Shown here one piece after another: positions 38,242 to 46,662 of a stretch of DNA of 64,000 nt. The notes below the pieces were generated by a model that saw nothing but the letters and a program-made list of their open reading frames with translations, was not told the DNA's origin and ran no database searches. This DNA is from Candidatus Magasanikiibacteriota bacterium (GTDB lineage Bacteria > Patescibacteriota > Patescibacteriia > Magasanikbacterales > GWA2-37-8). The stretch spans positions 10,507 to 74,506 of the forward strand of contig JACOYB010000008.1 of the NCBI GenBank assembly GCA_016182085.1. Reading direction: 5' to 3'. Positions within the stretch are counted from its first letter, which is position 1; each line of letters opens with the position of its first letter. A program made the position numbers and the translations under genes.

Positions 38242-38628
38242 ATGCGATATAACGCTACCACTTCTTCCTTAGGAAGTTTGGAAGAAGAAATCATGCAAAT
38301 AATTTGGAAAGAGCCCGCGGCTTCGGTGCGTTTGGTTTTTGAAAAAATAAAAAAAAGACGCGAGATTGCCTATACTACCGTTATGACCATTATGTCCCGC
38401 TTGCACGCCAAAGGCATACTAAACCGCAAACAAAAAGACGGCGGCGCTTATGTTTACGCCCCGGCGCAAAGCAAAGAAAAATTCTTGGAACAAATTTCCG
38501 AACGGGTAATAAAAAACTTAATAAAAAATTGCGGCGAGGTAGCCGTGGCCAGATTTATAGATATAGTGGAAGCGGGTAATTTTAAAAAATCAGCTCAGTG
38601 GAGAAAAAAACTGAAAAAGATTAAATGA
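38242..38628 (+). CDS. BlaI/MecI/CopY-family winged-helix transcriptional repressor
   Basis: …EEEIMQIIWKEPAASVRLVFEKI…YTTVMTIMSRLHAKGILNRKQKDGGAYVY matches the penicillinase-repressor fold. There is no C-terminal CxCx4CxC motif, so it is not CopY-like. Confidence 0.8.
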   Translation: MRYNATTSSLGSLEEEIMQIIWKEPAASVRLVFEKIKKRREIAYTTVMTIMSRLHAKGILNRKQKDGGAYVYAPAQSKEKFLEQISERVIKNLIKNCGEVAVARFIDIVEAGNFKKSAQWRKKLKKIK

Positions 38629-38643
38629 TTCCGGTTTTAAATT

Positions 38644-39702
38644 ATGATTTTTAACATGCGGCAAAAATCCAACTGGCTGTTTGCTCAAATTATAATCTTG
38701 GGAACGATTATAACTATTCTTATCGCCGGTTTATTTTATAAAATTTATAATTTCACATTCGGCGCTTTAGGCAATATTACTCTAAACCGCATACAAAATG
38801 CTTGCGGCTGCCAAATACCTTCATCCGCCAACAACTCTGTCCTTACGGGGTTTGCTGTTCTGCTGGGATCGGCTATAGTCATATCTTTTATTTTTGCCTT
38901 ATCCAAAATAATTATTTCTTTAATAAAAACCAAAAAATTTATAAGCCTGCAAAAAATAAACTTCGTTAAAAGCTCTAAAAAATTAACCCAGGTAGCGGCC
39001 ACCATCGGCATCCAAAATCAGGTGGTAGAAATAAATACAACCCAACCCCTTATTTTTTGCCACGGACTAAAAAGCGAAAAAATATACATATCATCTACGG
39101 TAGTAAAAGCTTTGAGTTTTGCCCAGTTACAAACAGCTCTGCTACACGAGACCCATCATTTGCTTACAAAAGAGCCGGCTCGATTATTAATCCTAAAACT
39201 CATCGGGGTATTTGGTTTTATCCCGGGCATCAATAGTTTAATAAAAAAATATTTGTCTTTTTCGGAGATCGCGGCCGACGAACTGGCTACAGATAACTTT
39301 AAAGAAAAAAACCATCTGGCCGCGGCTATGGCCAAAATTTTGGAACTGGAAGAAAAAAACATTATCCAAAAAGAGTTAGCCGTATCTTTCTTCAGCCAGA
39401 TGACAGAAGAACGAGTTGTAAATTTAAGCGAAGCTGGTTATAAACCAACATTTAAAACAGAGCTGCTAAAAGCAGCTTTTGGCATAGCTGGTGCAGCTAT
39501 ATTTATTTTATTTTTTAGCTCCAACCTAAATGTTCAACAGTCCAAGGCCCAAGAAATATATACAAAATCCGGCTGCGCCGAACAAATTTATAAAATTGAA
39601 AAATGCCAAAACGGCTGGACAAAATGCGCCGAACAAAATTATCATCAAGAAAAAACCAATTGTCAAAAATCTATCAAATACTTTGATAAGTTAAAAAATT
39701 AA
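38644..39702 (+). CDS. BlaR1/MecR1-like M56-family signal-transducing metalloprotease with a novel Cys-rich C-terminal domain
   Basis: Multiple TM helices, zinc site LLHETHHLLTKEPARL (HExxH), then a C-terminal CAEQIYKIEKCQNGWTKCAEQNYHQEKTNC with four Cys. There is no penicillin-binding domain. Confidence 0.7.
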   Translation: MIFNMRQKSNWLFAQIIILGTIITILIAGLFYKIYNFTFGALGNITLNRIQNACGCQIPSSANNSVLTGFAVLLGSAIVISFIFALSKIIISLIKTKKFISLQKINFVKSSKKLTQVAATIGIQNQVVEINTTQPLIFCHGLKSEKIYISSTVVKALSFAQLQTALLHETHHLLTKEPARLLILKLIGVFGFIPGINSLIKKYLSFSEIAADELATDNFKEKNHLAAAMAKILELEEKNIIQKELAVSFFSQMTEERVVNLSEAGYKPTFKTELLKAAFGIAGAAIFILFFSSNLNVQQSKAQEIYTKSGCAEQIYKIEKCQNGWTKCAEQNYHQEKTNCQKSIKYFDKLKN

Positions 39703-39776
39703 TTACTTGCCTGCAGGGTAGTGAGTTTAACTCTACTGCCCTGTGGATAAATAAATTTTACAATTAAAGCCATACC

Positions 39777-39793
39777 TACTACAATATGTAGTA
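39777..39793. promoter_or_regulatory. Second candidate BlaI-family operator TACTACA-ata-TGTAGTA
   Basis: A perfect dyad 20 bp upstream of the ATG at 39813. Confidence 0.55.
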
Positions 39794-39812
39794 ATAAATA
39801 ATTATATCACTT

Positions 39813-40562
39813 ATGCAAATAAACAAAGGCTGGTTAAAAAATAATCTAAACACGCTTCTCCTGGTGCTGCTTACCGTTTCGGTGGCTTCCAACCAGTTTA
39901 TCTTGGCAAAAACACAAAAAGTAGTCGGTATAAAAAATAATACCGCTCTCAGCTCTCTTACCGTGCGATTCCAAAAAATTATTAAGGGCGGCGTGGGTCT
40001 TTCCGGAAATCTGGGCGAAGATGCGGTAAAATTGGCCTTTATACAGGGCATACCGGAGGTATACGGCGCTGAATTAAATGTTAATTTTGACCAGCCGGCA
40101 GAATCAATGGGGGCGCTCAAACAATTTGATCTGGGTTATGGAAGAAATAAGCCCGACCTTTCCGCAGAAGAAAAAAAGCGATATACGGATATAAACTTGA
40201 AAATTTCTTGCGAATTTTGCTGTGGAGCAAAGGCGATAGTTTTTGAAAATGGCGAACCTTCCTGCGGCTGCGCCCATTCGCAGGCCATGAGAGGACTAAC
40301 TGCTTATTTAATAAAAAACCATGGGACCGAATATTCCGATGATCAAATTTTAAGAGAGCTGGCCAGTTGGAAAAGCCGCTGGTATCCAAAACAGATGGTG
40401 CAAAAAATGTCGGACCAATTAAAAAGCGGCAGCTACACCCCAGATATTGCCTCCTTGCTTCTGGATGTAAAATTGCCAAAATACGATGGAGCCGCCCACA
40501 GCGGAGCCGCGCCTTTGCCATCAGACATACAAAACGCGCCTAGTATGGTAGGCGGATGCTAG
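39813..40562 (+). CDS. Membrane-anchored Cys-rich protein with C-terminal PSMVGGC tag
   Basis: N-terminal TM, then CEFCCGAKAIVFENGEPSCGCAHS. The C-terminus is …AHSGAAPLPSDIQNAPSMVGGC. Confidence 0.6.
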   Translation: MQINKGWLKNNLNTLLLVLLTVSVASNQFILAKTQKVVGIKNNTALSSLTVRFQKIIKGGVGLSGNLGEDAVKLAFIQGIPEVYGAELNVNFDQPAESMGALKQFDLGYGRNKPDLSAEEKKRYTDINLKISCEFCCGAKAIVFENGEPSCGCAHSQAMRGLTAYLIKNHGTEYSDDQILRELASWKSRWYPKQMVQKMSDQLKSGSYTPDIASLLLDVKLPKYDGAAHSGAAPLPSDIQNAPSMVGGC

Positions 40563-40633
40563 ATTGAAAGTTAAAAGTTTAAAGTAGAAAGTTATAAAGT
40601 TAAAAAATAAAATTATTTAATAAATATAATTAT

Positions 40634-40900
40634 ATGGATGAACAAAAAAATTCCAGCGGGCTGGAATCTATAAAAAACGAAATTATCACTAAACTAAACG
40701 ACCAAAATAAAAAATCTTTGTCTTGGAATAATATGGTGGTAACGGCCGTTTTAGCGGTACTGACCATTGTCTCTCTTTCGCAAATGGCCGCTTCTATTAC
40801 TATTTTTAACAAACTAAAAACCGGCGATGTCCAAGCCGCTTCCGGAGCGCCTCAAAATAACTCTCTGCAAAGCTTGCCGGATATGGTGGGCGGATGCTAA
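40634..40900 (+). CDS. Small membrane protein with C-terminal PDMVGGC tag (paralogous tail to the previous gene)
   Basis: One TM (VVTAVLAVLTIVSL). The C-terminus is …AASGAPQNNSLQSLPDMVGGC. The DNA for the two tails is also near-identical (atggtaggcggatgcta versus atggtgggcggatgcta). Confidence 0.55.
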   Translation: MDEQKNSSGLESIKNEIITKLNDQNKKSLSWNNMVVTAVLAVLTIVSLSQMAASITIFNKLKTGDVQAASGAPQNNSLQSLPDMVGGC

Positions 40901-41742
40901 ATCGTATGAATGAACAACAAAACAATTTAAAAGTTAATTACTGGTTTTTAATGGCTGCTTCCGGGTTTATACTTATTGGCGGCATTGTTTCTACCGCGTT
41001 CTTCTTAAAAACCAACTCTCTGGCGAACAAAAATATCACGGCCGCAACCGAAACCAAACGTCCGGCTAATTTGGAATGGATAGCTATTCTAGACGAATCT
41101 TGCAAAGATTGTTTTGATATAAATCCGGTCTTTGATTACCTTAAAAAAGAAAATGTAAATTTTACTTCTCAAAAAAATCTGGATAAAAACAGCGAGGAAG
41201 GCAAAAATTTAATTGAAAAATATTCCATAAAAAAACTACCGACCTTTATTCTAAAGGGCGAGCTGCAAAAAAACTCCGTCCTGGCCCAATTTTTTTCTAA
41301 AACCGGAGATACCGAAGAAAACACTTTTGTTTTTAGGCAAGTAGGCGCTCCATATAGTTTAGCTGCTACTGGAGAAGTAAAGGGCCAAGTAAACTTTACC
41401 ATGATTACTGACACTTCCTGTACCGAGTGCTATGACGTAACCCAACACGAAATAATTTTACAGCAGTTTGGTATTGCGAGTCCGGGCACCGTAATTGATG
41501 CCAAATCCGCGGCTGGCCAAGCGCTCATTAAAAAATATAGAATAACTCTTGTACCAACATTTATTCTATCCGGAGACATGAACGAGTATCCAAGTCTTAA
41601 GCCGGTCTGGGCACAGGTTGGCGTGATAGCCAGTGATGGCACGTATGTATTTACCTCTGGCACGCCATTTATGGGAACATACAAAAACCTAACGACCAAC
41701 AAAGTAATTTCTCCTCCGGTTCAAAATAGTTCACAGCAATAA
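40894..41742 (+). CDS. Membrane-anchored tandem thioredoxin-fold protein with two CxxC motifs
   Basis: N-terminal TM. Domain 1 has CKDC with a cis-Pro motif KLPTFIL. Domain 2 has CTEC with LVPTFIL. Confidence 0.65.
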   Translation: MLNRMNEQQNNLKVNYWFLMAASGFILIGGIVSTAFFLKTNSLANKNITAATETKRPANLEWIAILDESCKDCFDINPVFDYLKKENVNFTSQKNLDKNSEEGKNLIEKYSIKKLPTFILKGELQKNSVLAQFFSKTGDTEENTFVFRQVGAPYSLAATGEVKGQVNFTMITDTSCTECYDVTQHEIILQQFGIASPGTVIDAKSAAGQALIKKYRITLVPTFILSGDMNEYPSLKPVWAQVGVIASDGTYVFTSGTPFMGTYKNLTTNKVISPPVQNSSQQ

Positions 41743-41743
41743 T

Positions 41744-42208
41744 ATGCTTAAAAACATTGCCCTAATAATACTAGTTGCAGGCGCAGCCACGGCCATGGTC
41801 TGGGCTATCATAAAACAGCCCTCGGCCACAACAGTTTCTCCGGCCACCGAAAATTACACTATATCTAAAACCGGCATCCATTATCATCCAAAGTTGGATA
41901 TTTATATCAAAGGCCAGTTGCAAACTATTCCGACTAATATTGGCATAGGCGCGGTGCACCTGCCAATACATACTCACGCGGCAGATCATATAATTCACTT
42001 GGAATTCTCTCGGTTAGTAACTCTGGACGATACAAGACTGCAGGAATTCTTCAAAATCTGGAATAAAAAATTTGACGCTAATTGTATTTTTGATAATTGC
42101 AATGGACCAAGCGGAACGGTAAAAATGTTTGTCAACGGCCAGCCGAATAGTGAGTTTGAAAAATACCCAATGAAAAATGATGATAGAATTGAAATTCGCT
42201 ACGAATAA
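41744..42208 (+). CDS. Membrane-anchored His-rich protein (possible metal-binding)
   Basis: N-terminal TM, then GIHYHPKLDIY…AVHLPIHTHAADHIIHLEF. No recognised domain. Confidence 0.55.
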   Translation: MLKNIALIILVAGAATAMVWAIIKQPSATTVSPATENYTISKTGIHYHPKLDIYIKGQLQTIPTNIGIGAVHLPIHTHAADHIIHLEFSRLVTLDDTRLQEFFKIWNKKFDANCIFDNCNGPSGTVKMFVNGQPNSEFEKYPMKNDDRIEIRYE

Positions 42209-42213
42209 CTTGC

Positions 42214-42411
42214 ATGATTAAAGAAATAACTATTCCAATTTTAAAAAGAAAAAAATACGCTCTTGTTGCCCTAGCCGCGGCTATTATAATGGCTGGCCTT
42301 TCTTATTACCTCACGATTGTTAATGTGGCCTTTCACAGTTTTTTTGTTCTTATCCAAATGGACGGCTGGGCCTTTACCACCGTTTCCTTAGGGCTTTCTT
42401 TGATTATTTAG
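42214..42411 (+). CDS. Small two-TM membrane protein
   Basis: 65 aa, hydrophobic, the last gene of the co-directional cluster. Confidence 0.35.
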   Translation: MIKEITIPILKRKKYALVALAAAIIMAGLSYYLTIVNVAFHSFFVLIQMDGWAFTTVSLGLSLII

Positions 42412-43671
42412 CATGAATTTGGCGGAGTCGCTGATTTTGAATCCTGCCTTTACTAACTCTGCCTCCAGTTGTTTGGCAGTTTTACCGCCGATCTCTACGG
42501 TTCCACGGCGGATTTTGCCTTCGGGGAACCAAAACTCGGAATAAATATGATTGATTATATCGGGTAGGGTTTTAAAAATACCAGGATACAAGGGGCCGAT
42601 ATATATTTTGGTACCTCTGTTTACTTCATTTTCTTTTTGCGCTATTTCCTCCGGTTTCACTTTAATGCCAATAAAAATTTGTGCGATTTTGGCAACATCT
42701 ATTTTGGACAACCCTTCCAGTGGCATGGCGCCCGCTTTTAAATACGGGGATTCGGTATTCGGGTTAAAATCTCGATAATGCACCTCGCCATTTTCAGTTA
42801 AAAGATGCTGGTCTTTGACTTCAATATCATCGAGTTCGTCGGGTGAAATATTGGAAAAATCTCTCGGTTCGCCAGTGTCAGTGGTAGTTTTTCCAACTTG
42901 CTTTATAACGCCAAACAAATCAAGGCCTGCAATATCTTGATTGGTAATCAAATCATCATTGGCTTTTTTTATTTGTATAACTATCTTGTTTTTTGGATCA
43001 TATTCAATAGTCAAAATCGGACTGTCTCCTTCCAGCTCACCCATTTGACCTAGTTTTTCATTAAATACGGGCACGGTACGCAGAGAAAATATCTCAATTT
43101 CACCTCTCTTCATTCTGTTTATATACGAATCACTCGTGCCAACACAGTGCCCCATATAATCAGATTCTTTTTCTAAATGCGGCATATTAAGAAGTTTGGC
43201 CAGATAAAATTTGCCGGAATTAGTGGTAAAAAAAGCCTCGTACGGATTAAGTTCTTGGTTGCCGGTAATTTCGGCGCGTCGTTTGCGTATCTCGGCAATT
43301 TTATACAGGGTTTTTTGTTCGTGAATTTTAAGCAAACGATGCAATCCGCCTTTTTCAATAGAAATAAAATTTGGCGTTTCAATAATGGCATCAAAAAGAG
43401 TATTTTCATCAACAGTGTTTTCTCTCTGAAAATATCGCGCTAATTTTAATTTTAAAATTGCCTGTTCTTGCTCGCCAAATAAAAACCCTTCCTGTCTGGA
43501 AAGACGCGCTTGCAAAGTATTAAAAGCAGCGGAAATAAGAGGTTCTTTTTGCGAACGTACATCTTCCGAAAAGATGGCGAGAGTATCTTGGTATAATTTT
43601 TCTACACTCGCTTTAGCGGGGCTGGCTGCTTCGGCTTTGGCATAGTCGTGCCGGATTCTTTCTGGGGTCAT
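42388..43671 (-). CDS. Hypothetical protein (427 aa)
   Basis: A long ORF with coding-like composition and no recognised motifs. Confidence 0.5.
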   Translation of the reverse strand: MTPERIRHDYAKAEAASPAKASVEKLYQDTLAIFSEDVRSQKEPLISAAFNTLQARLSRQEGFLFGEQEQAILKLKLARYFQRENTVDENTLFDAIIETPNFISIEKGGLHRLLKIHEQKTLYKIAEIRKRRAEITGNQELNPYEAFFTTNSGKFYLAKLLNMPHLEKESDYMGHCVGTSDSYINRMKRGEIEIFSLRTVPVFNEKLGQMGELEGDSPILTIEYDPKNKIVIQIKKANDDLITNQDIAGLDLFGVIKQVGKTTTDTGEPRDFSNISPDELDDIEVKDQHLLTENGEVHYRDFNPNTESPYLKAGAMPLEGLSKIDVAKIAQIFIGIKVKPEEIAQKENEVNRGTKIYIGPLYPGIFKTLPDIINHIYSEFWFPEGKIRRGTVEIGGKTAKQLEAELVKAGFKISDSAKFMLNNQRKP

Positions 43672-43782
43672 ATTTAATAGTGGTTTATTTAAATATTAAG
43701 AGAGGGATCCTTCAATTCGCTCAGCTCGCTCAGAGCCTGCCCCGAGCTTGTCGAAGGGATGACGCAACATGCGAACATTGCG

Positions 43783-46506
43783 TCACTTCATTTCGCCCCA
43801 GCTGCGATTGATGCTCAACCCAACTTTTACCGGTACGCGCAGAGTAACCACATTTTCCATTATATTTTTTACAAGATTGGCCACTTCTTCGGCCAATTCT
43901 TTTTTTACTTCCAAAACCAATTCATCATGCACCTGCAAAAGTATTTTTGGGCAATTGTCATTCCCGCCAAAGCGGGAATCCAGTCGATTGAATACTGGAT
44001 CCCCGTTTTTACGGGGATGGCAAAAAGCATCCTTGATGCCTTTTGCCACTTCTATCATGGCCATCTTCATCAAGTCGGCAGCCGTGCCCTGAATAGGATG
44101 ATTTACAGCCATACGTTCGGCAGCGGCGCGCATCTGAAAATTAGACGCATTTAATTCCGGCAAATAACGTCTGCGGCCAAACAGAGTTTCGCAATATCCT
44201 TCTTTTTTTGTAAATTCCAATGTCCGATCTATATATTCCCGCACTCCGCTAAACGCTTCAAAATATTTTTTAATAAAATCTCTGGCTTCAAATTGGGAAA
44301 TGCCGGCACGCCAGCTTAGTCCATACGAACCCATGCCATAGAGCACGCCAAAATTTACTTCTTTGGCCGCATAACGCATCTCTTTGGTAACTTCCGATAA
44401 TGGCACATTGTTTATAGCGGCGGCGGTGGCCTTATGAATATCTTCATCTTTATTAAAAATCTCTATCATGCGTTTATCTTGGGCCAGCGAGGCTACAATA
44501 CGCAATTCAATCTGCGAATAATCGGCGCTTACCAGAGTGTTTCCCGGTTCGGCTATAAAGGCTTTGCGTATTTCCCGTCCCAATTCACTGCGGATAGGAA
44601 TGTTTTGTAAATTTGGATCCAAACTAGACAAGCGTCCGGTAGCCGCCACCGTCTGATTAAAATGAGAATGAATTCTACCGGTTTTTTTGTTTACCAAATC
44701 CGGCAAAACATCTATGTAGGTATTTTGCAGTTTGGCTAATTCGCGATAAGCAGAAATCTCTTCTATTATTGGATGCAAGCCATGTAATTTTTCCAGTTCT
44801 TCGGCCGAAGTAGATAGGCCCGTCTTGCCTTTTTTTATACCGGCTGCAGACAAGTCTAATTTATCAAATAAAACTTCCCGCAGCTGAACTGGTGAAGCGA
44901 TATTAAATTCCATGCCGGCCAGTTTATAAATCTTTTTGGTTAATTTTTCCAAACTCTCTTTCGCTTCCACAGATAATTTCTTAAACATCGCTTTGTCTAC
45001 CGCAATACCGTTTAATTCCATCTCGGCCAAAACATATTCTAGCTGCATTTCCATTTTTTGAAACAAACCAAAATTACCGGCTTTTTCCAAATCGGTTTTT
45101 AATTTTTCTTTGGCCTGATTTATCAAAAATAATTCCTCGGCCAGACTCTTTTTATCTATGCCAAACAAACTTGTCTGGGCCGTATTTTGTGGCAAAATCT
45201 TACCCAAAACTTTTAGTAATATGCTGGTAATATCGTGCGCTCTGGTACCGGAGCTAAGCAGATACGAAGCTACCATCACATCAAACAGTGCATTTTCCGG
45301 CACTACATTAAAATTGTATTGCAAAGCTTTTATAAGCTCCTTTAGGTCATGCCCCACCAACTCTATATCTTTATCGGCAAACAACGGTAAAACTTTTTTT
45401 GTTATTTTGGCATCAACAAAAAATACTTGATGGCCCACAACAATCATAAGCCCCAGAAATTCGCTGTCCAAAACTTCTTTACCGCTTAACACCGCCCGAC
45501 AAGCAAACGATTTTTTCTCCTTTACTAATTTAAATAATTTTTCCAATTCACTTTCTTTGTCTATTTCAGAAAAAATCATCTTCTCGGTGTTTTTATGCTT
45601 CTCTGTTTTTTCTTCCTCTGCTTGAAACCCTGGTATTCTTTTTAATAATGAAACAAATTCAAACTTTTGAAACAGATGACTTATTTTTTCTTTATCAAAT
45701 TCACCAATTTCACAATGTTTAAAATCAAATTTCAGATCCGGCACATCGCAATCTATAGTAGAAAGTTCTTTACTCATCTTGGCGCTGTCTTCTCCTTCTA
45801 CCAGCTTGGCAATTACGCCCGGTTTTAATTCCTTAGCAATTTTTTCTCTGTTTTTTAATTGTTTGTAGATATTTTCTACACTGCCAAATTTTAAAATTAA
45901 TTCCAAAGCGGTTTTTTCGCCAATGCCGGGCACGCCGGGAATGTTATCTGAAGCATCACCGCGCAAAGCTTTGTAATCAATCATTTTTTCCGGCCCAAAC
46001 CCAAACCTGGCTTTTACGCCCGCCACATCATAAATCACAATATCGCTTATGCCTTTTCGCAAGGTGTAAACTTTTACATTATCGCGTACCAGCTGCAGAG
46101 TATCCATATCGCCGGTAACGATAAACACTTCTGCATCTTTCTTTTTTTCAAAATGTTTGGCAATGGTGCCGATTACATCATCAGCTTCGTAGCCTTTTTT
46201 TTCATAAATCGGCAAACCAAAAGCTTCTACCACTTCGTGTACCAAGGGAATTTGGTCGTATAGTGCCTGGTCGGCTTTTACGCGAGTGGCTTTATACTCT
46301 TTGTACTGCACATGCCGGAATGTCGGCCCGGCCATATCAAAAGTAACGGCAATACAGTCCGGTTTTAAATCTTTCCAAACTTTGAGCAGCATGGAAGTAA
46401 ATCCATACACAGCATTTACCATAACTCCGTCTTTGGTAGTAAGCGGAGGGATAGCATGGTACGCGCGATGGATAATGGCATTACCGTCAAAAATAACAAG
46501 TTTTTG
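43783..46506 (-). CDS. polA: DNA polymerase I (5'-3' exonuclease plus polymerase domains)
   Basis: The N-terminus (FDGNAIIHRAYHA…) marks the 5'-nuclease domain. Polymerase motifs are …RRAAKEVNFGVLYGMGSYGLS… and QVHDELVLEV. The start is trimmed to the internal Met because the upstream stretch overlaps tRNA-Cys. Confidence 0.9.
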   Translation of the reverse strand, partial: QKLVIFDGNAIIHRAYHAIPPLTTKDGVMVNAVYGFTSMLLKVWKDLKPDCIAVTFDMAGPTFRHVQYKEYKATRVKADQALYDQIPLVHEVVEAFGLPIYEKKGYEADDVIGTIAKHFEKKKDAEVFIVTGDMDTLQLVRDNVKVYTLRKGISDIVIYDVAGVKARFGFGPEKMIDYKALRGDASDNIPGVPGIGEKTALELILKFGSVENIYKQLKNREKIAKELKPGVIAKLVEGEDSAKMSKELSTIDCDVPDLKFDFKHCEIGEFDKEKISHLFQKFEFVSLLKRIPGFQAEEEKTEKHKNTEKMIFSEIDKESELEKLFKLVKEKKSFACRAVLSGKEVLDSEFLGLMIVVGHQVFFVDAKITKKVLPLFADKDIELVGHDLKELIKALQYNFNVVPENALFDVMVASYLLSSGTRAHDITSILLKVLGKILPQNTAQTSLFGIDKKSLAEELFLINQAKEKLKTDLEKAGNFGLFQKMEMQLEYVLAEMELNGIAVDKAMFKKLSVEAKESLEKLTKKIYKLAGMEFNIASPVQLREVLFDKLDLSAAGIKKGKTGLSTSAEELEKLHGLHPIIEEISAYRELAKLQNTYIDVLPDLVNKKTGRIHSHFNQTVAATGRLSSLDPNLQNIPIRSELGREIRKAFIAEPGNTLVSADYSQIELRIVASLAQDKRMIEIFNKDEDIHKATAAAINNVPLSEVTKEMRYAAKEVNFGVLYGMGSYGLSWRAGISQFEARDFIKKYFEAFSGVREYIDRTLEFTKKEGYCETLFGRRRYLPELNASNFQMRAAAERMAVNHPIQGTAADLMKMAMIEVAKGIKDAFCHPRKNGDPVFNRLDSRFGGNDNCPKILLQVHDELVLEVKKELAEEVANLVKNIMENVVTLRVPVKVGLSINRSWGEMK
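43956..44030. repeat. GTCATTCCC…GGGAATC palindromic-unit repeat located inside the polA reading frame
   Basis: gtcattcccgccaaagcgggaatccagtcga… is almost identical to the intergenic copies at 54231 and 50652. On the minus strand it reads in frame as [21 protein letters not shown], inserted just before motif C (QVHDEL). Confidence 0.6.
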
Positions 46507-46542
46507 CATATAGTTTGAGGTGCCGGCCAAAAATGAGTATTG

Positions 46543-46614
46543 AGGTCGGGATGGGAATCGCACCCACGCATAAGAGTTTTGCAGACTCCTGCCTTACTGC
46601 TTGGCTACCCGACC
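46543..46614 (-). tRNA. tRNA-Cys (anticodon GCA)
   Basis: Reverse complement GGTCGGGTAGCCAAGCAGTAAGGCAGGAGTCTGCAAAACTCTTATGCGTGGGTGCGATTCCCATCCCGACCT. Acceptor GGTCGGG/CCCGACC and anticodon loop CTGCAAA fit, but the D-loop and T-loop (TGCGATT) are atypical. Confidence 0.6.
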
Positions 46615-46662
46615 ATGGAAGTGATAAAACAATATCACTTCACGCCTATTTTTTCAACCCCT

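Noticed and set aside
39708-39745. Imperfect hairpin ctgcagggtagtgag…ctctactgccctg after the BlaR1-like gene, considered as a terminator
   Set aside because: The stem is imperfect and there is no T-run. Downstream genes probably continue on the same transcript or use the operator-associated promoter at 39777.
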